Of a DNA stretch of 64,000 bases, positions 1-16,383 are shown piece after piece. Origin of the DNA: the human T2T-CHM13v2.0 reference genome, Homo sapiens. The stretch lies in assembly GCF_009914755.1 (NCBI RefSeq), contig NC_060927.1. The stretch is one strand, 5' to 3'. The notes beneath the pieces were generated by a model. The model did not search any database, was not told the origin of the DNA, and saw only the letters and a list, made by a program, of their open reading frames with translations. The position numbers were made by a program, and so were the translations under genes. Each line of letters starts with the position of its first letter. Position 1 is the stretch's first letter.

Positions 1-829
1 ACTTACCTCATATACATATTAAGGGTTTGTTTGTATTAAGCCAAAAACTCTCAGAAATGTCCTGTTAAACACTTCAGTGTTTTTAGGGTGGCTAATGTTG
101 AATCCTGTTAGTTTTGTTGAGGTTATTGGGCATAAATATCAAGAAGCCAAAAAGGGAAAAAAAAAGTTTTTCTCTTGAAAAATATCAAATGAAGGAGGTA
201 ACCTACTACTTACAAGCCAACAATCTTTCCCTTGCTTTCTTTCATTTTCCTTCTCTTCAGTACAGTGATATCTAAAGTTTCTGACAAAGCTCTGACATAC
301 TATCATACATGTCTTTTAAGTTATTCCAGAAAGGTTATTGTACTTACATTGTGGTTTTTATATTGAGAGTATCGTAGTGTGTTCTAAAGCTGTGAAACTA
401 GAGGTGGTGTATATGACAAAACCCCTCTGTAACCCAGACTGCTTCATTCCCTAGGCCTCTCAGTTTCCTAGGCCTGCCAGAGAAGAGTATTTATTATACT
501 CTGAAGATAAGAGAGTTAATTATTATCGGCCGAGGTTCACATTACCATCACTCTCCTGTTTCTCTTTGACTAAAGATGGCTTCTGTTAGATGCTATTGGG
601 AAATCCCATCACACACACTGACAAATCCAGGTCACAGTGCTGGTCTGGTTCATTACATGTGTCTGGAGTCAGGAAAAGTGGCAGATGCCATCCTTTCCTC
701 ATCTCAGTGACTTTCTGTCGAGCAGCTGGCTCTTCCAGCATTCTACAGGGAAACTGGAATAAAGCTTTGCCTCTTTGCTTTTTGCACTTGGAAAGACTCA
801 CCCAGTTTTTTTGTTTCTGTTTTGTATAG

Positions 830-995
830 TTCAGCCAGTGCTACCCCTGAATTTGAAGGTAGAGGAGGTGATGACCTTGGCACCGAGATCGCTAACACCC
901 TCTATCGGATATTTAACAATAAAAGCAGTGTCGACTTAAAGACCCTCTGCATTAGTCCTCGGGAGCACTGCTGGGTTCTCTATGTGGATGTGCTG
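830..995 (+). CDS. EXOSC7: EXOSC7 (RRP42, RNase PH-like exosome ring subunit) internal coding exon, exon 4 of 8
   Basis: Acceptor ...tttgtatag| at 828-829 and donor |gtgagt at 996. Encodes (C)SASATPEFEGRGGDDLGTEIANTLYRIFNNKSSVDLKTLCISPREHCWVLYVDVL, matching human EXOSC7. 166 bp, phase 2 to 0. Upstream exons lie outside the window. Confidence 0.97.
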
Positions 996-1764
996 GTGAG
1001 TATCATCGTGCTGTACTGGCCACATTCTACCTTTGTTGGAAAGACTAGTTGGCCTATTTTCCTTCCAGTGCTTTTTTCCTCTTCAGGTGGATGCTTTCAA
1101 CTTATAGGGTGGGATTAGTTGGGAAAAGATGGTCTCCTATAATAATTTTTTTAAAAATTAAATACAACATAGATGTAAGCAGCATATATATAATGCCATT
1201 CTATGATAAAATTATAGTCATATCATGATAGCACCTAAAATTGCCCATAAAAATTGTCCAGGAAGAGTAAAACAAGAGATGGTCTCTGGATGGTGCCAGA
1301 CAGAGTTCATGGGCAGAATTTAAGCAGGTTGGTACATTCTGTGTGGAAGGATGATTAGCTCTTTACATGCATTTTCATTTAAACCTTATAAACCTGTTAC
1401 AAATGGACACTGTTATATTTCCCATTTATAAGTGAGGAAACTAAGACAGACAGAGGTAAATCAACTAGCCCAAGAGGTCTCAGCTTGTGAGTAGTGCTGT
1501 TGAGTCTCAAAGCCAGGTCTGTATGATGTGAACACCTGGTTTGACTTCACTGTGCCATTGTTTCTTTTAAACACCTCAGAACGTGCCTGCCTTTAGTTTC
1601 CTGGGTGAGGCCCCAGAGGCCCTGCCTCCTCCCACACAGAGTCTACTCCCCTGGGAGTCTTTTGAGTCCAGCCCGTCATTTCTTCCCTTGTACTTTGCCT
1701 CCCAAATACTCCTCTACCCAGGTTTTGGCACTCGACAGTAACTTCTCTGTGTAGCTCTAATTAA

Positions 1765-2115
<351 letters not shown>

Positions 2116-3094
2116 TTAATTTTGCTTTTGTATAATCACGTAGCAGTTGGTTGCTTGTTTATATATAGGCTCTTGTTGGGTCTGTTTTGAACCATGAGAT
2201 TAGCAACTACATCTTCCACTTCAGATGAAGGACAAAAAGCTAAGCTATTGGCCAAATAGATTCTTTAATGAATGTGCAGATAAAGGAGATCTGTGAACTG
2301 ATGGTGAACTTCATGAAAAGAAACAGCCTGGCTCTGCATGTTGGCTCTATTGAGACAGGGTGGAGTTTTCTAGATATTTTAAAATTAATTTGATATTGGA
2401 TGGAGCATAGTCAAAAGGTAGCAGTGGTAACCATTATCTAGCAGGTTACTGTTGCAATGCTACCACTAATAGGTAAAAATAATGAAATTACAAATCTGTT
2501 TGCTTTTTTTCCATCTCTGATAAGTGGGATGTACCTTGTAGTATGATTCCTACTAAGTTGGCAATTTTTCAGGTCCTGGGTTTGAGAAGGTGGGACCTGG
2601 CAGCCTGTAGTCCTTACTGAGGATGGTAGAGGCAGGCTTCATAGTTGCCCAGGGAGGTGCAGCCCCATGACGTGAACTCTCCAGTTCCATCCTGTGTCTG
2701 AAGAAGTTTATGTCCCCTCCCCTCCGCCACTAGAGAAAGTTAAGACACAAGTGTGTGGCACACTGCATTTGTCCTTTTGTAATCCTTTGTTCATCCTCAG
2801 TATTCATGCACACTTGTAGTTTTGTAGGATGGCCCAGTGATGGGGACTGATGTGCTTTTGATTCAGTCAGTTAAAGTCAAAGCAACAGAAGCCTGTTCTA
2901 TTAGGGAAGGCTTTTACAAAACTGATGACTACTGGGACATTATCTCAGCTCAGAAGCAGCCCTCTTCAGTGAGCAGGGGATGGATACATGGTGCGCAGGA
3001 ATATCCAGGGGAATGTGTATTGTGTCCCTGTCATCTGTAGACCTTTCTTTTTAAGACTCCTGGCATTTGGATTTCTTCTGAAATATTTGTTTTA

Positions 3095-3449
<355 letters not shown>

Positions 3450-4914
3450 TCATCTTCAGAAAAGTTTTTAATGAATTAGAAAAGCATTTTTGAAAATTGT
3501 ATTATTGATGAGGCCGATCCATTTTTTGGCATTCACATAGTTTTCATCAGTGGATGGGTGATATACTGAATAGATTGAGTCCATGTTTGAAGCGAGGTGG
3601 TGGAAATCTGTGAAGCAATCCTTGAAGCAAGATAGTAGAAAAGAAACCTCCTAATTTCTTTTTACCAACTGGTCTGGTTAGTCCTCAGACAGAGCCCATG
3701 TTCAAACAGATATTTGCTGGGCACCCTGCCATGTTTTCATACTTACTTACTTCAAACCTATTACAGTCAGATGACCCACCTGTTTCCAGTATTGGTTTTT
3801 TTCCCCTCAGTTCGGTTATTTTATGAGAGTGAAAATTTAACTTCATGGAAATTTCACTTTGCTTTGCTCTTTATAGTTCTCTAATGGCATCAGTTTTTAC
3901 TCCAAGAGGGAAACCTGTTAGAACTTTGCTGCACTAACAACACACAGCTGACCTTTGGTGGGGTGATTGGTCACAAGCCTGTCTTTTGATGGGTTCTTTC
4001 ACAAATAATCACTAACCTTCTTCCTCATAGCACCCCTTCTGTTGGGCTCTGGGGATAAAAGGATGAACAAAACTACAGAGTCCCAGCCTTTAGGAGTTCA
4101 CAGTTCAACTGCAGAGGAGATAGACTCTAAACAAAAACAGAACTACATGACTTTTCTTTCTATGTGTGACTTCTCACCTTTCTTATTTGGGGCAGCCCAG
4201 TCGGCTTTATTCCATAACCTCAGGCCAAGGCCTCTCTAAAATGAGGACAGAAGGATATGCCACCTTCCAGTTAAATGTGCTCTAATTTTCCCTGCTAGAT
4301 GAGCATACGTAAGTGCACTCAACACTTTCGCTCATGGGCAGAAGCTTGTCTGAGAGACTTTAGTCTTCATTATAAGTAATGTAAAACATGTAGTATTTCA
4401 TGTCTGAGCATCAGATATACATTGATCATTACATACGAGAAGTAATTACACTAGTAAATGTGAACCTAGTAGCAGCCGCAACATCAGTAGCCACCGTTTT
4501 CTCCTTGTTTGGAGGCCAGGCATATGTTAGCAAAGATTAGAGTAACACTTGGAGTACAATTGGGAGCTATCTGGGGCAAAATAAAGGTGATCAGTCCCAC
4601 CTTCAGGGCAGCCCCAACTGCCTGAAGTGCCTGTGAGAGGAGCCCACCCACAAGCCATGGCCTCTGAGTGTTGGTACCACAGCCCTGCCAACTGTGACCT
4701 TGTGTGCATGGGCCACGTAAGCACAGCTATGACAAGGCAGTGCCTGTAATTAGGGTGAAGGACTGTGTCAGTGAGTTGCAGTCACTGCATGGCTAGCCAG
4801 GAGAGAAGCCACATGTTATCTTTATTTTATAAACACACAGTCAGCATTTCTTAGAAATCAGTGTCCTTGACCACAGAATAGATTTAGGGAAAGAAAAAAA
4901 AAAATCGGTGTCCT

Positions 4915-5223
<309 letters not shown>

Positions 5224-5280
5224 CTAAAGTAATAAGTGATGCTTGGTTTTTTTTCCTTTTTCAATTCCTGTCTCCCTTAG

Positions 5281-5351
5281 CTTCTGGAATGTGGTGGAAA
5301 TTTGTTTGATGCCATTTCCATTGCTGTAAAGGCTGCTCTCTTCAATACAAG
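5281..5351 (+). CDS. EXOSC7: EXOSC7 exon 5
   Basis: Polypyrimidine tract + ag| at 5279-5280, donor |gtaagt at 5352. Encodes LLECGGNLFDAISIAVKAALFNT(R). 71 bp, phase 0 to 2. Confidence 0.97.
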
Positions 5352-7067
5352 GTAAGTCTTCCTAGAAACAGCTCTGCGAACCTGTGGAGAACCAGAGCAG
5401 ACACTTGTAATGGAACACTGAGGAAATTTCTATTGTAGCTCATATGTGAAGATAACAGGGGGTTTTAACATTGAAAATGGTGACATCTAACGTTAAACTC
5501 CAGAAAAGATAGATTTCGTGAATTAAAACTACATATATACGTATATTCTGTATTTATTTTTTGTATTGTTATTTTTATAAATAGACACCTACCATTTAGA
5601 AAAATATTAGAAAACTACAGAGAAGCCAAGAAGAGTAGACACCACCTACAGGCCAACTATCCAAATACTATTACTGGGTGAACTCTATGGGGGCAAGGAT
5701 TTTGCCTGTTTTGTACTTGCCTATATTCCTAGCACCATGAACAGTACCTGACACATAGTAAGTGCTTGCATATTGCTTGATTGTACACATGTGTGTTCTA
5801 AAAGCAGGGTAACAGGCTTCCCTTTGGTTTAAGAAGAGGAAATGGCTATTCCACATGGTTCAGCTTTCCAAACAGGTTGTGTAGAAGGGACAAGTTGCTA
5901 TGCTTTTTTGGAGTTGACATTTATTCTGACTGATTGACCTTTCCCCCTTTTATGCTCCAAGTACTTTGAGGAAAATTTGCAGCATTTATGAGTAAATACG
6001 TGGGATAGGGTGTTCATCCTATGAGAGAGCCTACATTAAGGTAACAGAGGATCCTATTAAAAAACGAGGATTAGAAACTTCTAGGGATATAACCTAAGGA
6101 CATAATTGAATAAATGAGCAAAGATGTTTATTCTAGGATGTTCATCACATCCTAGAATAAACATTACACTGCTTTGTAATGGTAAGAAACTGGAAACAAC
6201 CTGAGTTTCACAATGGAGGGGATTGAAGTCCACACAGCAGCCTATTTAAAGGCATGTTAATATGGAAAATAGTTCACTAAATGCAGTCCCCTCATCCTGG
6301 TTTTTGTTTGTTGGTTTGTTGTATTTTACTTTGGTAGTTCTTATATGTAATGTGTCTGGAAATATGTACCCCCAAGTAATCACTGTAATTATTTTTCAGT
6401 GCTCATATTTTGGCCAACATAACATTTACCTGTTTTTTAGAGCTTTTCTATGATGAGTTTAGACTCCCTGTGTAATTTAGAGCAGACAAAAATTGCAGGC
6501 TGGAATATTTGCTGAGAATGAAAGCTGTAGAGTCCCCCACCCCTAGCTGTGCCACTAGGCTCCTTGTTGAGACTATTTGAAATGTGAGCCTGGCACTCTT
6601 GGCCACCGTGGGAGCTTGCGTGCCAGATCCCACAGCAGTAGCTGGTGCTCGGGCCCTGTTGGGGAAGGAAAGGAAGCTGTCATCTGATTTATCTTGAGCC
6701 TCAGAAATGACTCCCCATCTGCCAGCTGGTTCCTATAGGCACCCAGGCAAAAAGAGAGATTGGGAACCAGACAAGGCTGTTTAGCTGTGGGGGAGTTGCT
6801 GGCCAAACTGTATACCAGAAAGGTTAACCCAGCTGCTCAGGTAGGGGAGGACACCTGTCATGGGCACAGCCATAGTCTCATCCTCAGACCAAGAACAGCC
6901 CTGCAGGCAGCAAGGAATGGGGACTCTAAGGCATCAAGTCCCCCTGGTATGTGGAGAGACTATTGGCATATTCAGGGTCCTTTAGAAGGGTAAAGGCCAC
7001 CTGAGGGTATTCTTTAGCCCTTCTGCCCAGGCTTGTTGTAGCCAAAGGGTTGGGAAATTGGGAGATA

Positions 7068-7113
7068 CTGTGCGTGCGTGCGTGCGTGCGTGTGTGTGTG
7101 TATGTGTGTGTGT
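7068..7113. repeat. (GTGC)n/(GT)n microsatellite
   Basis: tgtgcgtgcgtgcgtgcgtgcgtgtgtgtgtgtatgtgtgtgtgta. Confidence 0.9.
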
Positions 7114-7419
7114 AAATGGTTGACAACTTGTTCAAATAGGATATTACTTAGTAGAACTTCCTCTGATGGGAAGGCTCCAAATGGGGAAGACCCTTACAGA
7201 ACTCCTTGGCCCTTGTCAACATTCTCTGGCTGAAGCTCCCCTGATCTGATCTAGATGTTGCCTTGTGTATGGATGGCCAGCAGGGCTCAATCATGGGGGG
7301 TTTTGTTAGAGGAACTGGGAAAAGTACTAATGCTGTTTCCATTACAGTAGCTGGATGGACCACCTCTTCCTTCCTGGCTCCTCCAACCCAGCCTGGAGTG
7401 AATTGACTTTATAGGTTAA

Positions 7420-8870
<1,451 letters not shown>

Positions 8871-9029
8871 GTGCTTTTGACAGGGATGACAGGGATGAGG
8901 ATGATAAAGAATAGGCATAGCGTGTCTTTCTCTTGTGAGACACAGGGATTCCAACTCCTATTCTCAATCTTAAAAAGAAGTTATTTTTCCTCCTCCAAGT
9001 GGGAATTTTACTAGTGCTTCTGCTTCCAG

Positions 9030-9153
9030 GATACCAAGGGTTCGAGTTTTGGAGGATGAAGAGGGGTCGAAGGACATTGAATTGTCAGATGACCCTTATG
9101 ACTGCATACGACTAAGTGTGGAGAATGTCCCCTGCATTGTCACTCTGTGCAAG
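9030..9153 (+). CDS. EXOSC7: EXOSC7 exon 6
   Basis: ttccag| acceptor, |gtataa donor. Encodes (R)IPRVRVLEDEEGSKDIELSDDPYDCIRLSVENVPCIVTLCK. 124 bp, phase 2 to 0. Confidence 0.97.
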
Positions 9154-9676
9154 GTATAACTTGTATTTTATGGTTTTTGTCTTCCCTGTGGGTGTGGGTC
9201 TCCTCTAATCCCAACCTGCTGAGGTTACTTAATAAGTTAAGAAGTTGTAATACCACACACCATATAGAAGTAGCTTTTACCCAAATCCAATAATTTGGTT
9301 ATACTAGAAACCACTACCACGAGTAGCTCTTTCTTTTCTTTTTAATTGGAAGATATGACGTGGTCCTGGGAGCCATGAGTGTGTTTGTAGTAATAGTAGC
9401 CAGAGTTTGTTAAGCTCCTTCCACATACCATGTGCTTCACTAAAGCACCATGTCTTTTAATTACCTCAACTCTATGGGGTCTAGGGTGGTTGAGTAGTGG
9501 CAGGGTGGCGAACACTGTCCCCCCTATGAAATGGGAGGTTGGAGCAGGTCTTGGGTATCATGAGTGGTTTTCACATAGAGGGCTGTGGAGCTGAACATCA
9601 GGCTGATGTGATATATAACTAATGCTGCCCCAGGCTGTGCAAAGAGGCCTGTATTGGCTATTGACTGGGATTGTAG

Positions 9677-10115
<439 letters not shown>

Positions 10116-10142
10116 GGCTTGTTCTTTCTTGTTGTTTATTTG

Positions 10143-10452
<310 letters not shown>

Positions 10453-10756
10453 TTGTTTTGAGACAGTGTTGCTCTGTTGCCCAGGCTGGAGTGCAGTAGC
10501 ACAATCTAGGCTCACTGCAACCTCTGCTGCAACCCCCCCACCCGCCCCGGCTCAACCTCAAGCAACCCTTCCACCTCAGCCTCCCAAGTAGCTGGTACCA
10601 CAGGCTCACACCACCATATCTGGCTATTTTTTTGTATTTTTGGTGGAGACAGGGTCTTGCCATGTTGCCTGGGCTGGTCTCAAACTCCTGAGCTCAAGCA
10701 TTCCATTTTCCTCAGCTTCCCAAAGTGCTGGGAGGCATGAGCCGCTGCGCCCAGCC
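10453..10756 (-). mobile_element. Old Alu (AluJ-like); its tail was the target of the AluYb insertion
   Basis: Diverged reverse Alu (gagacagggtcttgccatgttg, ctcaagc). TSD-like ggcttgttctt after 10115 and after 10756. Confidence 0.85.
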
Positions 10757-11156
10757 TTTGGCTTGTTCTTGAGTGTGTCCCTTAGCATGGACCCTCTTGA
10801 TTCCCCCTTGCCATCAGTGAAACGTCCATGTGGCCTTGTGTGTGAATTTCTCCCTTGTGCCCCTCTGTTGGAAAGCCTTGGTGGCCTTTGTCTTGGTTGG
10901 TCTCTGAATTCTAGTTTTAAACCACCTTGCCCTGTTTTTCCATATCGTGTTTTTATTGTACCACCCACACAGTGGCCTGTGAGAATTGTTGAACAATCCC
11001 TCAGCTGTTTTCCTCGTGAGCAGAATCTAAAATAAGACCTGGAATGACCAGTGCAAATACTTTTGCCTGGTGTAGAGATTCCCACCACGAGGCCATCAGG
11101 GGTGGGACTCTGGGGCCTGCGTGACCCACCGTGTGCCACGCACCCTGCCTTTGCAG

Positions 11157-11312
11157 ATTGGCTATCGGCATGTGGTGGATGCTACTCTTCAGGAGGAGGC
11201 CTGCTCGCTGGCCAGCTTGCTGGTGTCGGTGACCAGCAAGGGAGTTGTGACGTGCATGAGGAAAGTGGGGAAGGGCAGCCTGGACCCAGAGAGCATCTTC
11301 GAGATGATGGAG
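11157..11312 (+). CDS. EXOSC7: EXOSC7 exon 7
   Basis: ttgcag| acceptor, |gtgagg donor. Encodes IGYRHVVDATLQEEACSLASLLVSVTSKGVVTCMRKVGKGSLDPESIFEMME. 156 bp, phase 0 to 0. Confidence 0.97.
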
Positions 11313-12589
11313 GTGAGGCCTTAGTTCTGAGGAAGGTGCAGGGACCTGGCCGGGGTGCCTGCTGCTTCCTGCTCCCTTGGTCATACCGTGGGGATTCTCC
11401 CCATTCACAGCCTTGACCCCAAACTTGGAGATTTGGGAACAGCTGGTTTGAGCCAGGGGTCTGCTGACCTAATCAAGGGGGGTTGTGGGGGTGGATACTC
11501 TGGACTGGGAGGTAAGGAGCCTACCAGTAACCATTAATTGTCCTCAGTAAGTACCCCCCATCTCATTTCTATGTGTCTAAATAAGACTGTTGGACTTTCA
11601 TAATGTAAAGAGCCACTCGTAACTCCAAAAGTGCAGGCCTTTGTGACTTGATGAGGGAATAGAATTCTTGGCTCACTGCTTCCTGTCCCTAGAAGTGGGT
11701 GAGTAAAGGTGGAAGCACGGGCTGAACTGTGGCTGTCTCCCAAATTCGTTACAGCTCTAGAAGTGTTTAAATGGAGACAAGCAGGGATGGTAAGAAATCT
11801 GACCCACTGGAGTTGGGTTGGGTTGCCCTCATCCCTAGCAGAGCCATCAAGGCGCTTCTACAGTTCTCTGTACTGTTTGCCCCACATGTCTGTCACCTCA
11901 CTGGCCTGGAAGCCCCGCAGGGCAGGGACAGGGTCCTGCTCACCTGTTTCCCAGACCTTCTTTCCCCTATATCCACCTCACCTTTCTGACTGATTGACTG
12001 ACTGAACTTCCAGGAACAGAGTTAGCAGGATCTGATTATTCATACTTTCTTGCAACCTCTATATCACCACACATGCCCAGAGATCATTGCTTAATAGCAA
12101 GCACTCTTCTTTTGTGTTTAGAAACAATGACTTCATACTGAAGAATCCAAGAACATGACATCTACTTTCTCTCTTTATCATGTTATTTAAAAGGCCAAAA
12201 TGAGCACTGTATATAGCATGGAGTTCCCAACCATGGGCTGTGAGGGTGTACTGCCCTGGCTGCAAACCTGGCTCTGGGCCATAGTCCCCCTCATCTGCAA
12301 AGTGGGACTGATAATAGTAATATCTGCCCAGACACTGCTGAGGTTGTTATTAGGATGATGTGAGGTGTAGAGGAGAAGCACATGTCACAGTGCCTGATAT
12401 GTCATCAGTTCTCAGCTAATGGCAGCTCTTATTCTCTGTGCTCCATGAAGCACCCTGAGTTCAAATTTCTCCAGACTTAATGCTGCATAAATTCTACCAA
12501 AGTCCTCTAGGCAAGGGACTGTCAAACCTTGTTTTAGAAGGTACTCTTCCCCCTCCCAGGAGAGTTTATGAGAATTTCTTTAAACAGCA

Positions 12590-12860
12590 ACAACAAGCAC
12601 AGTAAACAAATAGCTGGAGTTTATTGTGTGCGTACTATGTGCCAGATACTGTTTTCACTGCTTTAAATATATCATTTAGTCCTCAACAACCTGTGAGGTA
12701 ACTATTATTATTGTCCTCATTTTTACAGATGAGGAAACTGAGGCACACAGAGGATAAGCAGCTTGCCTACAGGCCTCCCTGCTCATAAATACTGGAGCTA
12801 GGATTTAAGCCAAGACTGTGTGCGTCCAGAGCCCCTGCTCCCAGCCACTGTGCAATGTCA
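12590..12860. mobile_element. MIR SINE
   Basis: MIR core cattttacagatgaggaaactgaggcacacagag. Similar MIR cores at about 1400-1560, 12240-12430 and 21220-21340. Confidence 0.8.
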
Positions 12861-13235
12861 GCCTTATAAACCAGATCTGCCCTGGCTGTCATAGATGGCA
12901 GAACCAGAGCTCTGTTCAGTGAGCTGAGCTTTGTCCTCCCCTCAGGTTTGGGGAGTGAGGTCTGCTAACTCTGGACAGGGGACTATAGCTCTGTGGCCCT
13001 GTCTTACTGTTTATCTCACACAGGGATGCAGCAATCTGGAAAATGACTTGGTGGAGCTGAGAGCCTTGGGGGTAGTTGTGCAGGCTGCCACCCCTAGCCT
13101 CTGCAGTTGCTTTCCTGCATCTGGATTCAGAGGCGTCAAGGCCCTCTCAAGTCCTGGCATCCTGTCCATCTCATCTCCTCTTGTTGTCCTCTCTCCCCAC
13201 CCTCATGTATATGAATAATCAGTACCCCTGTTTGA

Positions 13236-13582
<347 letters not shown>

Positions 13583-13993
13583 CCCGAAGGCCTTTTTGAC
13601 CTTTAACCCTGACTTTGCATTTCATAGAGGTGATCACTTCCCAGCCTTTTAGATCGAAATCATCTTTTCATAAGAGTTTTAGTCATACTTGGGATCTCAT
13701 CCCATGTTACAGTTAGGGGCCAGGGGAGAAGACACACAAGTCATTACTCTGGGGAGGATACACCTGTAACTGAAGAGATTGAGGCAGGGATTTAGGCATG
13801 GATGTTTTTATCTCAACATTGTTGAGAATGGAACCAGTGGCAGAGTTGAATCCACACTGCTATGGGAATGTGAAAGACCTGATAAGGTAGAGATTTGTGG
13901 TTGGTTCTTTGTATTCTTAAAATGATTCTTGGGCCCAGAGACAGAATAACAGTTTCATAAAGAAAAATATATTTTTTTATATTGGGGTGGTGG

Positions 13994-14285
13994 TTGTTTT
14001 TTGAGACAGGGTCTTGCTCTGTTATCCAGGCTGGAGTACAGTGGCACAGTCACAGCTCACTGCAGCCGTGAACTCCTGGGCTCAAACAATCCTCCCATCT
14101 CAGCCCCCTGAGTAGCTGGGTCTACAGGCGCATACCACCATGCACAGCTAATTTTTAGTTTTTTGTAGAGATGGGGTTTCACTCTGTTGCCCAGTCTGGT
14201 CTTGATCTCCTGGCCTCAAGCAAAATCCTCTTGCCTTGGCCTCCAAAAGTGCTGGGATTACAAGCATGAGCCACTACTCCCAGCC
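13994..14285 (-). mobile_element. Alu (AluJ-like)
   Basis: Reverse Alu with AluJ-type wording (cacagctcactgcagcc, ctgggctcaa). Confidence 0.9.
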
Positions 14286-14294
14286 ATATTGAGT

Positions 14295-14327
<33 letters not shown>

Positions 14328-14971
14328 TTTTACCTCTCGTGTCTGCTCTGTAGGGACTGATTATTAATTTTGTGGGTTGTCCCTCTTGATGTGTTTCGAT
14401 TCTAACATTTCACTGCCTTTAGCATCTCAGCATGGCAGTAAACACCAAAGATCCCATCCAGGTACTGACTTTGGTCACACCTGAGCAGTTCTGCTTAGAG
14501 GCTTCATGGGAGGTGAATGAGAAGCTGCTTACTAAAATGTCCTTGGCATCATCTGTTTCTTCTCCAGACAGACTCTGGATTCCCTGTGGTCTCCCTATAG
14601 TACAGTGTCACCTGGCTGTACCCAAGCCCAGATTTGATTGACAACTTTGTTGCTTGTTGCAGTGGCAGCAGGATAGTGAAGCATGAGCTAATGGCCAGGG
14701 CAGGCTTTGCTGCTCTCTGTTTGTTGCCTGGTGGGGGCTGGTGTTTGTCTCTCTTTTTTATTTTTTTGATATGACGATTTTTACAAAATTTATTATGTTG
14801 TTGGGGTCTGTGGTTTTTGTTTTAATTTGCTTTAATTAAATAAAAGTCCTCTAAGGCAGATGGAATGTGTACAATGTCAGAAAGACTAGCTGGCAGAAAG
14901 GAATGCTTTTCTGGTCAGAGTGTGTGTGCCTTACAAGGGGGTGTGTGCTCTCTCCCGTCCCTTCTCCACAG

Positions 14972-15076
14972 ACTGGCAAGCGTGTGGGCAAGGTACTGCA
15001 TGCCTCCTTGCAGAGTGTTGTGCACAAGGAAGAAAGCCTGGGGCCCAAGAGACAGAAAGTTGGATTCCTGGGATGA
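14972..15076 (+). CDS. EXOSC7: EXOSC7 last coding exon (exon 8), CDS part
   Basis: cccttctccacag| acceptor. Encodes TGKRVGKVLHASLQSVVHKEESLGPKRQKVGFLG-TGA, the known EXOSC7 C-terminus. Confidence 0.97.
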   Translation, partial: TGKRVGKVLHASLQSVVHKEESLGPKRQKVGFLG

Positions 15077-15187
15077 TTTGCACATCAACTGCTCAACTGT
15101 GGATTGTTTTTTACTTTTCCTTTTAAACCGGTTCGTATATATTTTTCTTCGCTGTTACGAATTTACAGCAGCATTTGTACATGTAAA

Positions 15188-15193
15188 ATTAAA
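15188..15193 (+). terminator. EXOSC7: EXOSC7 proximal polyadenylation signal (ATTAAA)
   Basis: ATTAAA about 110 nt after the stop, preceded by two TGTA (CFIm) motifs and followed by a GT/T-rich element (ttctggtctggtttggtatgt). Confidence 0.8.
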
Positions 15194-16377
15194 GGCTATT
15201 TTCTGGTCTGGTTTGGTATGTCTAGAGTTCTTCAGTTGAAGCCAAGGCACCATTCAGTGACCCATCTGGGTCTGGCCCTTATCTAGTGAGTGGCAGACAA
15301 ATCCAGAGCTCTGCCACCAAGGGAGACCCCCACAAGCTGGAGTAAAGACCTGACAGAAACTGGTTTACAGGAAATGCTTATGATATGTATTTTGTGAATT
15401 TTTTTCCCCTTGAAGAACTTTAAAAATAAGAATCACAAAGAAAAGTTCATTCACCTTGTGTATTTGGGTGGTTCTGGGAGAGGAAAAAAGAGGAGGCACT
15501 CTGCTGCAGGTACACACCCAGGGCGTCTGTCTGTCTGGTTAGCCATCCCAAATCCTGGGAAAGTCCAGCTCTGACTTCCTGCCCTCCAAGAGATCCGAAT
15601 GGAATTCCCTAGGTTCAGGGGCTTTAGTGGCAGCCACTTTGGCCCTTAGCCATCCTTTCTTATCACTCTTGTTTTGAAATTGCTTTGTGTTTTATAACCA
15701 CTCCCTGGTGTTTCCTAAGATTTTGTTTTGTCAGCATTAAGAAGGCAGCTTTCAAGATGTTGTCATTTGATAATTCAGCTGCCTTCATGCTCTCAGCATT
15801 GAAAGGAAGACTATGCTTGCTGGCCCAGAAGGCTCTTCCTATAAGCCTGTAGTCTCACTGTGCAGTGTGTTAAAATTAAGTCTCTTCATGTGTAGAGCAG
15901 CCTTTGTTTTTTTTTCTAGGGGAACTGAAACTCCTAAATCTTAAAACACCCTGGGGAAGGAGCTGATTCACGAAGGAGAGCGTTTCAACCGTGGCATTTG
16001 CTCTCTGCATTCCAGTTAGCAAATGGGGTAAGGCGTTAGGAATTTATCACCAAATGGAAAGAACATAATGTGAGCTGAAGCCCTTGGGACTGCTTCCAGA
16101 GGTCCTGGTGTGGGCGTTCCTCCCAGCAAGGCCAGGTCCATCCCTGTGGAGAGAAGCAGCTGCCTAGACTTGGGCTTAATGGGGGAGCTTCTGCCCTGTT
16201 GAGAGCATAGCCTGGGTTTTCATCTTTTATGTTTCTTCAGTGACTATCTACAGGCACCATGACAGTGTTCCCAACAAGGCAGAAATCAGCCTGGTCTCTC
16301 CTTCCCTGCTCCTGGTTGACTGCCCGTGACATGACAAAACATTGGCAGTGGTGGCGCAGAGATGCAACTCGAGTGTG

Positions 16378-16383
16378 AATAAA
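16378..16383 (+). terminator. EXOSC7: Candidate distal EXOSC7 poly(A) signal (AATAAA)
   Basis: Canonical AATAAA followed by T/GT-rich sequence (tttgcttttgatggttg). Confidence 0.45.

Noticed and set aside
8878-8950. gatga-rich stretch upstream of EXOSC7 exon 6 as a possible C/D snoRNA
   Set aside because: No proper RUGAUGA box C with a downstream CUGA box D and terminal stem.
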